Below, piece after piece: positions 34,709 to 47,500 of a stretch of DNA of 64,000 bases. A model generated the notes under the pieces. The model ran no database searches and was not told the DNA's origin. It was given only the letters and a program-made list of their open reading frames with translations. A program made the position numbers and the translations under genes. The DNA is from Callorhinchus milii (lineage: Eukaryota): assembly GCF_018977255.1 (NCBI RefSeq), contig NW_024704742.1, forward strand, positions 92,010,001 through 92,074,000, given 5' to 3'. The stretch's first letter is position 1. Each line of letters begins with the position of its first letter.

Positions 34709-35737
34709 AAGTGTTGCTGTCAGTAGAACTACCTCATGGACTAAAACCTTTTGGTTTTATGTAAAAAAAGGTCTAGACTCTAGTGAGCCAAAGTTCACTG
34801 TTCATCCTGTCAATTCACCCTACAACTGTATACCATCAAGAGGCAAGTATCTTCAGGAAAACAAGAGAGGAGAATACCTGTACAGCAGAGAAAAAACATG
34901 ACATAACACGGCCATTGAAATACTGGAACCTGCCGAATGCGTCATTACAAAGTTTCCCTATATTAGTTCAACCCAAGAAATGAAAGGCTTAAAACTAAAA
35001 TGGTTGTACTTCCAGAAACAAAACTTTGATTAACTCATCTTTTGTCAGGTACATTCACTTAATACAGGTCAGTGGTAAAAAGCTGACAATGGATATAAAA
35101 TATTTTTTTAAAAACTTGGACAGGACTACTTCTGATGAGAGTTTGCAGCTGTCTGACCAGCTTACAGTGGCCTCAGGAATAGCAGCACACTGGTAAATGA
35201 GGGCAGATGTTCCAATTCATTCACCAAGCAACTGAATATAACACTACCATAACAATAAAATTACATCCCAATTATCCTGAAACAGGAGTACTAATCTTCC
35301 AGCCTTTAGCTCAGAAACAGCAGACGGCACCCAACTCTTGCCAGTTTTATCCTCTTCTCTCCTAAAAGGTAGCAACTCATTGCCAGACTGAGGATGGATC
35401 AATGGAATCATTCAAAGCAAAAACTGGATAAACACATGGGTAATAAAAACATAATAGCAGATGGGGAGAGTTGTAAAATGGGACTAAAGATACACACGGA
35501 TATACAGTATATATTAAAAAAGGAAGAATTTGTTAACACATATTACAGTGGCACAGACTCAATGGGCCAAATGACCTTTGAGGGTTGAAAGTGACTTTCA
35601 TCCCACAGAACTTTTCAAAAATGGAGAAGCCCCCTGGATGTTATACCTCGCTTGTAAGCCTGTAAGCAGGGGGCAGCAAACTTCTCAAATGGTCTAGGAA
35701 CCGAGCCTAGTTACAATATCCCCGAACATCTACACTT

Positions 35738-36058
35738 ATAATAATAACAATCCTTGCATTTGATATAGCGCTTTTCACGTCTTCTAGACGTCCCAAAGCG
35801 CTTCACAGAATATACTGTGAAGTGAATTGACTGTATATTTGTGGGCGAACGTGGCAGCCAATTGCGCACAGTAGTGTCCCACAAACAGTCATAGATTGAA
35901 AATGACCAATTTATTATTGTTTTTTGTTTTGGAGGAATTATTATTAGGCTCTGTGTGGAGCAAGGAAACTTGCCCAAGGTTTCGCCCTCTGCCTGGAATT
36001 GAACTCAGGTCTCTCGCTTGCAAAGCGAGTGCTCTAACCACTGAGCTACAGGACTTCC
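35738..36058 (-). mobile_element. Full-length SINE subfamily A
   Basis: Reverse complement of the 54118 element over its whole length. Confidence 0.92.
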
Positions 36059-37338
36059 AACTTTGGACTGTCGTGTTCTACACGACGATGTATTTTGCCC
36101 ACTGAACCATTAGGAGGAGCTCAGAACAAACCTTTCTGATCAAAGATAGCCCCATCCAACTTTGAGTTGAAAAGCACTGTCTCATTTTCAATCTGAACCT
36201 CCTCAGTTTATAAAAGCATTAGTTGCAGGAAGTGAGTCAGTCTCAGGATCACAAGCTGTTGATAAAGACTACACTCAGCTTTGAATAATGAAGGGCAGAT
36301 CAGGATCCTTGCATACTTCAATGAAAGACTATTCTGAGACAGGATATGCAGTACCAGTACTTCAATCTAACGAGAGTCCATTCCTTCAAACTAATTGTTG
36401 GGAACAAAACTGGTTCTCAACACAGTGAAACTCCAGTGAAACCTTAACTCTTCTTCCATGATAAATGAGATTTGATTTGAGTACAGTCAATATTAAGTAT
36501 GGTCATAAAGATTCTAACCTTTGACCAGACTTAAAGAGGCGTAGTCTTCATGAACAAACATTTTATCCATTTTTTTTCAGGGGAAGAGCTAAAGTGGCCA
36601 TGCAACAATACACTCAAAACAATGAGACAGTCCAAAAAGATGTATGTGATTACAGCAGTTCATAAACAAACTGGGAGGAGTGGAGGGAGGGTTATTTTGC
36701 CAAACTATTTTTGATGAAGACAATGCTCCTTCAGTAAAAGATTGGTTCAAAGCTGCATTCCAGCCCACGACTGCTTTCCTGTCCACCATCTCACTTCCGT
36801 AAACTGCAATTTTGTTTTATCCCAGCTCCACCATGTCAACCTCTGGATTATTGTAGCCCTCTCTTAACTGTACGTGAAGCAGCCACAATCTGATAAAATC
36901 TTACTCCCAGAATTCTCACACATTCCTTAATGGAAGAAACCAAATTTTAATGAACGAATTGGAAGGTTCCTTTTATCGTCTGAGGTGACATTATTGTTCA
37001 TTTTTAAACTCATGTTATGCCACTATTAAATCACTAATTTACCAGATTTGGGGGGGAGGGAGAGCTTAGCTTAGTTATTAGCCAAATTTACAATTTATAT
37101 GAGACCAACTTTGCCAATTTTTCTACTTACCCTCAAAATTGCAAAACAAAATCTTTAGTCGTTATGTCACAACTCAAAAACTACTTTAGAGACTTCATGT
37201 GGATGTTGCATTCAGTTTAGGGCATGTCACCTACTAAGGGACAGACTAGACTTGGAGGAAGTCCAGATAATTCATCGGAATAAAACCTGGATGAGGCGAA
37301 TTGTCTTTGATGAGAGGTTGGGTACAAGTGGGTTGGCT

Positions 37339-37660
37339 ATAATAATAATAATAATAATCCTTGCATTTGATATAGCGCTTTTCACGTCGGGAGGACGTCC
37401 CAAAGCGCTTCACAGAATAGACTGTAAAGTGAATTGACTGTATATTTGTGGGCGAACGCGGCAGCCAATTGCGCACAGCAATGTCCCACAAACAGTCGTA
37501 GATTGAAAATGACCAATTTATTATTGTTTTTGTTTTTGGAGGGATTATTATTAGGCGTGTGGAGTAAGGAAACTTGCCCAAGGTTTCGCCCTGCCTGGAA
37601 TTGAACTCAGGTCTCTCACTTGCAAAGCGAGTGCTCTAACCACTGAGCTACAGGACTCCA
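37339..37660 (-). mobile_element. Full-length SINE subfamily A with apparent 7-bp TSD GGCTATA
   Basis: Reverse complement of the 54118 element; GGCTATA at 37335-37341 and 37661-37667. Confidence 0.92.
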
Positions 37661-38802
37661 GGCTATATACAGGCTATATTCTGCAGTGCTGAGGAGGTGA
37701 AGGAAATTGATAAAGTAGATGGGGAATAACTCGTTCCTCTGGTAGATAAGTTTAGAACAAGAGAGACAAAATCTTAAAAGGAGATCTAAGTCAGTCAAAA
37801 GTTAAACTACAAAAACATTTTTTTTCACATAAGGATTGTGAGAATGTGAGAATCATTGCTACAAACACACTAAATGCAGAATCAATTGAGATGCTTGCAA
37901 ATGTCTCTCACGCATTCAGAAATCCATCACCAGGCTTGAGTATCCAAACCAGACAAGAGTTTCATACCTGATGCCACCAACACATGGAAATTTCTCTTTT
38001 GGCTGGAAAAGTGTGCACTCTCTCCCTGATGGCATCTACCTCAATCTGAAAAGTACTAGGCACAGGTTGGCAGGAGCCAAGGCTTGGAGTCCTCAGAGTG
38101 TGCACAGGAGTACTACTGGAGTTCAACTATAAAACGGCATAGCTTGCCACTGTAGCTGTATCTGGCAAGCTTCCTGCTGTTTATCAAGCTAGATCCACCG
38201 CAGGGCTATTGGGGCTTTGGCTTGCAGGGAAAATAGGAGCCAATTGGAAGGAATTGTTACCCCAGTGACCAGTCTGCCCTTCTCAATGCTGCTGACAAGC
38301 TATGTTGGCTGGTCTGTGATCAACATTGTCCTGGAGTACTGTAGACTCAACTGGCCCAGAAACCAGGCTACCGAGATTACCAGAGGTTTGACTAGATTCC
38401 ATTATTTCATTGCCAGTTACATTAACGTGGAGTCAGCTCAGCCACTAAGAATGCCAACTTACCTCTTCCCATCCCCAGGAGGAGAAACTCATGAGAAATC
38501 GAATTAAAATATCAAGAGCAGCCTTGAGGTAAATAAACTGGTGGAGCAGGTTTAACAAGGCAAATGACCTCCTCCTGTTCCTAAACAGAGTAATATTTAA
38601 GATTGTAATCGATCATGTAATATTCCTAATGTTGCTTTTCAAGATTAAGTGGAAATTTTAAGAGGCAGAATATACAAACCACCACACCATTCAAATACAT
38701 TTACACAAACACTATGGTACCAAGCAACAAAAAAAAGCATTCAAGCACAGATGCCCATCTGCACTCCCAGATTCATAGAGCTAGGATCATGATTCAAGCC
38801 GT

Positions 38803-38962
38803 TATAATAATTCTTGCATTTGATATAGCGCCGTATCGTGTCTTCAAGACGTGCAAAGCGCTTCATGGGATATACTGTAAAGTGAATTGACAGTGTATTT
38901 CGTAGGCGAAACACAGCAGCCAATTCAGCACAGCAGTGTCCCACAAGTAGTTGTGGACTGAG
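38803..38962 (-). mobile_element. SINE 3' fragment
   Basis: Tail and core similar to the A/B SINEs. Confidence 0.8.
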
Positions 38963-40054
38963 TGTTTTTTTGTAATAGAGTATGTATGCAAATACTCAGA
39001 TAACTGCTGCTTGCTACTACACTAACCTACTGTTACCTGTAATTCTACAACTAAAATAGTGATATACAATGAGCTAACATTCTAATCCGAAATACATAGC
39101 TTCTATCAATGATCAAAGCAGACCTGACAAGATTGATTCTTCATGGATCAAATCTCCAAGTTATTTGTTATATGCAAATGTTACATTTGCTATCACATCG
39201 TTGAGACATCTCAAATAGCATCATAAGATTTACTGTACTGTAGTTACTGTCATTTGACAGAAAACGCATACAAAACCCAATATCATCATTTTCATCATCA
39301 CCAGACGATGGTGTAAATTCTGATTTGGACCCCACTGAGTGTGCATCTGGATATTTCCCACAAAAATGAGGTAGATTAAACAACAAGCCTGAAGCCGGAG
39401 AATAACATTAGGTGAAGTCTACAAAACTGATCAGAACAAACGGAGGCAATTAGAGGCCACAAAGGACGGTTTGATGGTTTTCTCAGGGGGTGAGAAAACT
39501 CCCACTGATGCAGTTATATTGCTCACATGTGTGCACTATTGAGGCACAGTGGAAGCTTCAGTCTGCACTATACCCGTTTGATACTCACACTAAATGCATG
39601 CTTGATTCTTGAGCATGAACTTGAACTCGGGGGAACGTATTATGAGAAACTAAAGTGCATAAAGTATTCATGGTATGGATAAGGTAAACTTGGTAAAGCA
39701 TGATAGCAGGAGGGCATGAACAGAATGCAGTGAAAATTAAATTTAGAACAGATATCAGGGGAAACATCTGGCCCTTCTGAGTGAGACTGGTTTAGAATAA
39801 AGAACTACAGGCACCAACATTGAAGATATTCAAAAAAATAATATAATGGAAGTTAATGTATCAGAGGGATGGACTTTGCTGGGCCAAATAGCCACTTCCT
39901 CATAAAACAGTTTTATTATTTTACAACACAAAAGTTCACCCACCCTCTCCCACCCCAGCCACAAAAGGAAAGCATACAGATTTGATATCTGTGCATGGCT
40001 TACAAACAAACTGGCTTATTTCTTCGGGTATTCAAAATGATGATCAATTACAAT

Positions 40055-40325
40055 CATTATAACAATAATAGTCCTTGTATTTGATATAGTGCCTTATTAC
40101 TTCGCCAAACCATCTCAAAGCATTTCACTGTGAAGTCTAATGATTTTGCTTTTGTTGGCGAATGCAGCAGCTAATTTGGGCACAGCAATGTCCCACAAAC
40201 AGCCATGAAGTCAATGACCAATTTTATCTGGGGGATTGTTGGCCAGACACCGGGAGAAACTCCCTTCTCCTTTCAAATCATGCCATGGAATCCTTAATAT
40301 CGTCCAGCTGACAGGCAGACAGATC
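40055..40325 (-). mobile_element. Old Deu-SINE 3' part
   Basis: GCAGCAGCTAATTTGGGCACAGCAATGTCCCACAAACAGCCATGAA...GGCCAGACACCGGGAGAAACTCCC. Confidence 0.7.
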
Positions 40326-41159
40326 CTGAAGGATTTTATGTCTTCTCTGTTCATTCATCCTTCAACCATTCTGCACCTTGGGAGGAAAAGGGGATAAAAC
40401 AAGCACCCTGAAAAGTCGTCAGTTTGGGAAGAAAATGCATGTGCAGCAAGCCTGCAAAGAATAAAAATCAGGAACCTTACACAACTGCAACAGTTGAACT
40501 GCACTCAAGCCACTGATGGCCTTCCATCCCTCCCAGCAGTAAAAGTAGATTACTAACAAAAAACATTAATGGCATCCGAAAAAAGATAGTGATTTCAACT
40601 ATCACAGCATCAACTGTCACAGCATACAAAGTGGAGTGATGAGCGGTGGTGGTGGTGGTCGGGGAGCTAGGGTCTTCCTTTGTCTGATAAGGGTATAATT
40701 CTTTCAAAGGAAAATCTTTTGTTGAATTGAATGGAGTAAAAAAAGGTATGGTTAAACCTTGCCGTCATCTACCAAAATCCACCCGATGTGTCATATGACA
40801 ACTGTTTTGCTTTGCGCACATAATAATCTGGGGGGGGAGGGGGGGATGGTAGTGGGTAGGGGCGGGAGGGGGGGAGGTCGGGTAGGTGAAGAGAAAGAGA
40901 AGACAATGTGCAACTCGCTCTGCTGGAATGTACTGCATGGAAGAGGCAGAAAATGTAAATGAGCAAGTCTTTAAGATACCATTCTGCAAGCAGAACTGGA
41001 AAAGATGAAGAGGCAAGATGCTTTCTCATTTCAGATCATCTGCAAAATTCCACTTCTGTAACCTGTACAGAAAAAAAAGCAAACTAGCACCGCAGGACTT
41101 GTCAGAAGACACACAGGACTTGTTATGAATGAATTTGCAGCCATGCTATCTTTACTTAC

Positions 41160-41300
41160 TGGTGAAAGGCAGCTTCATTCACCCTCCATCTTCTGAGTGC
41201 TGCTAAAACAAGGGGCTCTAAGCTCCTACTGTAGCTCCACTGCACAGAACGCATCAGTTTACGGTCTGGAGATCTGGTGCAGCTCTTCTATTTAAAAAAG
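41160..41300 (-). promoter_or_regulatory. Candidate alternative promoter and non-coding first exon for ZNF462
   Basis: Minus-strand TTTAAATAG at 41296-41288, ~105 nt of putative exon, then CCA|GTAAGT donor at 41159; lies in a ~2.3 kb block with no repeats I could recognise. Motif-level evidence only. Confidence 0.3.
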
Positions 41301-43379
41301 GGGGGAAAAAACACAAAGGCCTGCAAAACCAGGACTGGTTTAGCTCTGTACCTACAAAACAAACAACTGAGAAAAAAAATGCCCGTTTCCAACTGAGATC
41401 TGGATCAAATTACAGCACAAAGAGGCCCCACCCCATTCTTCTTCAGAGCAAGCCAGCGGATCATTAAACAAATCTCACTGCTGTGTCTCGGTGTCTCCTG
41501 CACTTCAATGCTGCTCATACAATTAGGCAGATCACTCAAGTCTTCATTTCCCCACACCCCTGCCCCTCGCTGCTCAAACAGGCCAGCTGCAGCACCATCA
41601 GATGGTTCAAGAGACACAGTATCTGCTTGTGCGTCAGTGCAGCTTTAAGACACACTAAGCTGCCTAGTCCTCTGAGCTTCAGAAGCAGCCATTTTACCTC
41701 AGACGTCTCATCAGCTCAGCAGTTCAGAGCCTCCAGCAAGCACACAACATGGCCCCACTTATCTAACACTCATCTCAAGCAGCTGAGCACTGCAAAAATG
41801 CTGTAGAATTCCACACCAGCTCCTCTTGCCAATACCTGGCTGAAAAGGGACCTGAAGCAATGTTCTTGTCTTGTTGTGCTCTATCCTTCTCCCCCCTCCT
41901 CTCTGCAATTATTAGATTTAGTGTTGCACACTGTGAAAGCACGTCCACCAAACCAAATGAGCATGTAGTTACAGAAGCAATTCAGCACAGTGAAATAATT
42001 CTGCTTACATAGAGAGAAGGTTGAGAAGCTGCCAGAAAGGCTTGTTTACAATGCAACATGCCTGAACCCCTCTTTCTTTTTGCTCGCCAGGCTGCTACTG
42101 TACACTGCAGCTCAGTGGTGCTAATAGCTATCAGCAAGTAGAAACAAGCACTCCATAATGCCTGAGCCACCCAGGAGACCTAGAATGGCTCCCTCATGGA
42201 GGAAAAGCCATCTGACTCTGCTTGTCAGATTCCAAAGTTTACTGACCTTTGTTAATCACCAGCCAGCCTGTCTGCATCAGCAAACTCTCCCAGTGGTCAC
42301 ACCCCTCCACCCACACACACACAGCCGCAGCTGCTCCAGTTAAATAAGGTCTTCTGGAAAGGACTCTTCAGAAAGCACTGAAGCAGATACAAAGACAAAA
42401 GGTTTCACTACTGCTAGTCAACATCTGATAGGCTCTGCTTAAAGCTGCAAGAAGTTTCGTCCAGGTCCATTCAGTCCATGGTGCTTTCTATCTCCACCAG
42501 CTCCAGTGATAGATGCACCGAAAATCTGCTGCTGCCTTTGATCTGCAGAGGATGAGCAGCTGCTCATAATGGTATTCTATTTTCTCCAACACAGCACTAG
42601 TGCGCACAATGGGTTAAACTCCAGCACCTAGGAGATGCCTTCAAGAGATCATTGAACGGTGTGGATGAACAGCTCATTGTTCAAGGAGATTGTTAATCAG
42701 CGATGATGAAAAGCGAGGATCAGCAGATCTACTTCCAAGCCTTTTGTCATATTCGCCTCCGTTTCTTATGGAATTCTTGCCCACTTTTCATTTTAATTAT
42801 TGCTTACGTTTTATCCATAGATGAATTGCTTCCATCCTGATGTTTATCAGGCAGCTTTGCCAATTATAGTGCAAGTTAAAAGAAGCAAAGTGCTGCACTG
42901 CTAACATGCTACATTACAAAAGAAACTCTACAAGATATCACCATCTCAAAATCTGTCAATATAATTTTTAGTGCATGCGCTATAGAGTAAAATAAAATGC
43001 AGTTGACCTGGTAAGGAATATCCTTTCCAAAGCCAGATCAGCAACCAAAGCAAGTGTATTAGTAGTAACTATCAAACATCTACCAGCTCTATTTTTCTAA
43101 CATAAATTTCTGAACGTGCAATAGCAAAACTAAGGATAACAGAATAATAATTGGCAACTTATCAGCTAAAAAGCTCAAACTGAACAAGTGCAGTAGTTAG
43201 AGACCTCTTTAAGCAAGTAAATGGGGTTAGGGCAAATCGCAATGCAATACCCATGGGGGAATTTCAACTTTCCAGAATTAAAGTGGTCACACCGGGGTCA
43301 CCAGAAGAGAGGGCGAATATACAGTATATTTCACAGAAATTATAAATGTTTTTACTGACTACCAGAACTGATCATTAGA

Positions 43380-44560
43380 TTTTGGTGTACATTGGTCTCC
43401 AGTGGGTAGTGCGTATAGCTATTAGATTTGACACCACATTAAAAGACAAGACTAAAAAGTATAGTAATAACACAAAAGCCCATGACTTTAGAAATGCAAA
43501 AGTAGGAGCTCTGAGAAACGCTCTAATGGAGCATTAAGCGGGAAGCAGAACAAGGAAATATGCAATTATTTTAAGACCATTTCAAGGTCAATGAGGAAAA
43601 AATCACCTTTGGAGGAAAAACATTGGAAGGCGTAGACCAAAAGAGTTACCTAAGTGGGCAAAATTAACTAAAAAAACCAAAAGGAAATATTTTTAAAAGA
43701 TACAGGGAAAACAAGATTGTAATGAGGGCTTGACTAATATGAAACCCTGATAAGGTTCTCAAAATAATTGTACAGTAATACACATTGGAACAAGGTACAA
43801 AAAATACACGTACATAATGAAGTGTCCACCAGTGTGCAGAGAAGGAAGGATTCACGTGGGGTGTAAATGATTCTCAGTGGTTTTAGTCAAGCAACAAGCA
43901 ATTTAAATACTAGAAGACTACTAGGTAATTCTACAAAGAATTTGAGGACAAATTGAAAGAGGTATTTCTCTACCCCTGTATACTTTAATAGTGAGTCAAT
44001 ATTTGAAAGTAGTATGTAATTTTGGCAACCTTATATTCAATAGAAAGAAAAACTACAAGGATGATTCTGTACAGTTGAGCTCTATATCATGAGGAAAACC
44101 TTGCAGAGTTAAGTTTTCATTTGAAAAAATTGACAGGTGGTTATGATTCAGGACTTCAAAATGCTGAGGAATAAAAGTAGATGGAGTATTTGACTTGGAT
44201 CATGGGATCAGAACTTCAGGAATAGGAAAAAAGTTTAAAAAGCCCCCGTGGATCAAAAGAAACGTTTCTTCCCTTCCGAAGAGTAGTTGATGTGTAGAAT
44301 AAAAGCTGTGTCAATGAATCCCTTCAAAAACCTTTGAAAACAATATTGGAGAATATATAGACCTACGGTTGGGGGGAATGGAGGTAAGAACCCCGTGAGA
44401 GATGGTAGAATACTCTTGAGCTTTTAGCTGATTATCTTTATCTCTGAGAGAGTACTTTACAATGCATTTCCCAAGAAGATAAAAGTGATTGGATAGGACA
44501 GATTTGCAAGATCATGGACAGAGTAGACTAGATGGACCAAATGGCCATTTTTTCCCCATA
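43380..44560 (+). mobile_element. Highly degenerate CR1-like fragments
   Basis: Patchy similarity to the 31737 CR1 (GACTTTAGAAATGCAAA; CTGTATACTTTAATAGTGAGTCAATATTTG; ATGGACCAAATGGCC tail). Confidence 0.45.
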
Positions 44561-47500
44561 CTTTCTCCATGCTCTTATGCTCAAAATGCTGTATTGTGCA
44601 TGTGCTAATGGCACATGCCTTCAAACCAGTTGTTCTACAATTAAAGTGTTTTCCACTTTCTCCTTCCATTAAATTAGTAAATGAAAGCAAGTGGACTCGC
44701 AACCGGTACATTTAAAAATATTTATAGATGTAGCCAAACAACTCAAAAATAAATGTGGAATGAATGGATATGTTGGGCAAAAAATAGGACTACAACTTTT
44801 CACTCTAGTGTAGCACAGCATGGTGCAATGCAACACATTTGGAGAAGCCAAGAACTGTCCCCAAAGGCAAAATCCCCAAATACTTAATTACAGTAACACC
44901 TAAACGGCTCTGTCAAGGTCTTAACTCAACGATTCTGGTCAAAAGATCCTGACAGTTTACTAGTGCACATTTTTGGGAAAATTCCAATGATGTTCAACAG
45001 CTTCTTTACAGTCCAGCAGCAAGTTAGATCCCAGGTGATTTTACTCAATTAGTCATTTGATAAAGAGTATTTTAAACAAAATATTAGTAAACCTTGCTTT
45101 AACTGTACCACCAATGCATTTTTGTGGGAATAAATCTCTTTGCAAGTCCAAAACCATAGAGGCTAACTAATATACTGTTAAAAAAAAGTCAACTAACAGT
45201 GTTATGTTTCTGGATTGAAGTTCTAAATGACTGATAGAAGGACGTTCATTTGTAGCCTACTTTACAATATCAGTGGGTGAATCTTTAGTGTGTGAAGATA
45301 GAATCATGCATGAAAGGAGATTGATGTCAAAAACTCAAGGTAACGTACTGCCTCATCTCATTTGCTGTTATTCACCAAAGGAACACTGTCCATGATCAGC
45401 ATAACCGCCTTATTATAAAATTGTACCATAGTGACATCTTGTACAAAGATATAAACTCAGTTGCAACACAATTCTCACGTGCCAAACCGTTTCATAAAGT
45501 TTAGCCATCTCTTGAGAAGGATGGTTCAGTTGGTACATCTCTGGTCCAAGGCCAGAAACCATTCCATTTGCGCTCAACTCTCCCGATCGCCAGATTTCAA
45601 ACTCTCAAGACCTCAGGTCTCACTTCACAGGAATTACAAGAAGCTGAAACTGACCATCCCAGGATAGGATTAAAAGCCCTTCAAAATGCTCCTTAGAACT
45701 GAATCACAAGTATTCACAGACTGACTATTGTACAGCACCATCTCAACCACTGCTATGGTTTTCATTTACTCTTTCTGAATCCATTGGAAACATTTCTTAA
45801 TGAAAGGTTCTTATAGCTATCGATTTATGATTTTTCTTACTTATGGTGGGGGTTATAGAAGAGAGGAAAGACACCAAATTCCGCACAAAAGGGGTCAGTT
45901 ATCAGTTTGTAAAAGGTGTATTATCTGTTTGTTTAATCTTAGTGTATTCACTGGAGATTCAGGAGGAACAGCATTGAAAGTAAAGAACCATCCCACCATC
46001 GCTTTGGTCAGCTAGTAAAGGCTCTGTACTATGTCTATCTGTCTGTGCTTCTACCTCCCAGTGTTGCTGCATTTTATATGTTGACAACCAGGTTATCACT
46101 TAATTTTGCATCTGCCATGCTAGAATTTCATTGAATCTAAGGAAGACACCAATATGCTACTTAACAATACTTGGTTTGATAAAAAAACGCCTTTCACTTC
46201 GGGAAGATGTTTCAAAGCAATAGTATGTCTTGGTTGATTAGAAGAACAAAAGGGAATTCTCACAGGAGGTGCAGAATTAATTTTAAAATGGAATGTACTT
46301 TATTCAATATTTTCATACAAGATCCTATTGCACACGATGACTTGTTTTATTGTACTGCCAACATTTTGCGAAGTCCAGTGATATTGCAGTCTTTCTACTA
46401 CAGGTCATTTTCTGCTCTTGCAACACTGGACTTATTTTTTTTACTCTGTACAGCTTTTAGCTTTTGAAATCCCGCAGCATGCATTAAATGAAGGCCAGCA
46501 CCAAACACGCAAACATACAAAAAGTCCAAGCAGAATCGTAAAGAAAAATGCACCACCGTGTTCTACAGGATGCAACAGCACAGCGAGCAAGAGATGAGAC
46601 TACAGTAGGCGTATGTGGTATGGAACATCTGGAATTTGTACAAGAAATCCCAATAAAGTACCAATTCTACTGAGATTATTCTGAAATCACCTAGGCTGAT
46701 CTCACAGACAATATTAAATGCTAAACTGCTCTGTACAAGTGTAAATGTACAATCTCTGAAATATATTCTCCCCCAAAAATCATATTGTTCTCATTAGTAA
46801 TAATACATTAAGAAAATCAATCTGGGATATTCAAGGTATTTTGAGAATGATCAGATAATCATAAAGTAGGGAAATTGCTAAATGGAATAAAATGCTTCAA
46901 ATTACACCATAGCATTCATTTTAGCCAAATGGATACACGACCTCATATTTTTCTGCATCATCGACAAAGGTTTGCCAGTTGCCACATTTTGTTCTGAAAT
47001 GAACAGTTAAAGGAGTTGATCATATGCACTTTTTCTGGTTATGCTAGTTGACCGAAGAGGTTATTGGGATTGAAATGGCTACTCAGCACCACTCAGGATC
47101 CAGTCCTTATGAGCTTCACCTCTTTGGTCTTTGTTCTATGGCTTTACACTGAAAACAAACACTATCATAGATGTTCAACCTCTCTTGCAATGCTTGACTC
47201 CTCAAACTGTGCAAGACCAGTAACTTTACTACCACACCCATCGTGAGCAAAACATTCATTTTATCCAATTGTTTCTGCTAAGCAAACATCAGAAATGTAG
47301 GAAATTGGACAGTTGCCCAAACAAACATTCCCATTAACAGAGTGCCTAGTGTTGAAATGGTTATGCGCTACCCCACAGTTTGGTGACCTGAGAAGTGCCA
47401 AAGAATGCAGAACGTCTGGAGAATTCAAATGAAGTTTTCTTGACATTATCAGGCTTAAGTTCATGGTTGATAAACTCGCACTTTAAAATTGTGCTCTTAA

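Noticed and set aside
35711..35977. Recurrent short ORFs (MGKFPYSTQSL..., GHCCAQLAA...) resembling a small gene family
   Set aside because: Translations of SINE copies from non-ATG starts.
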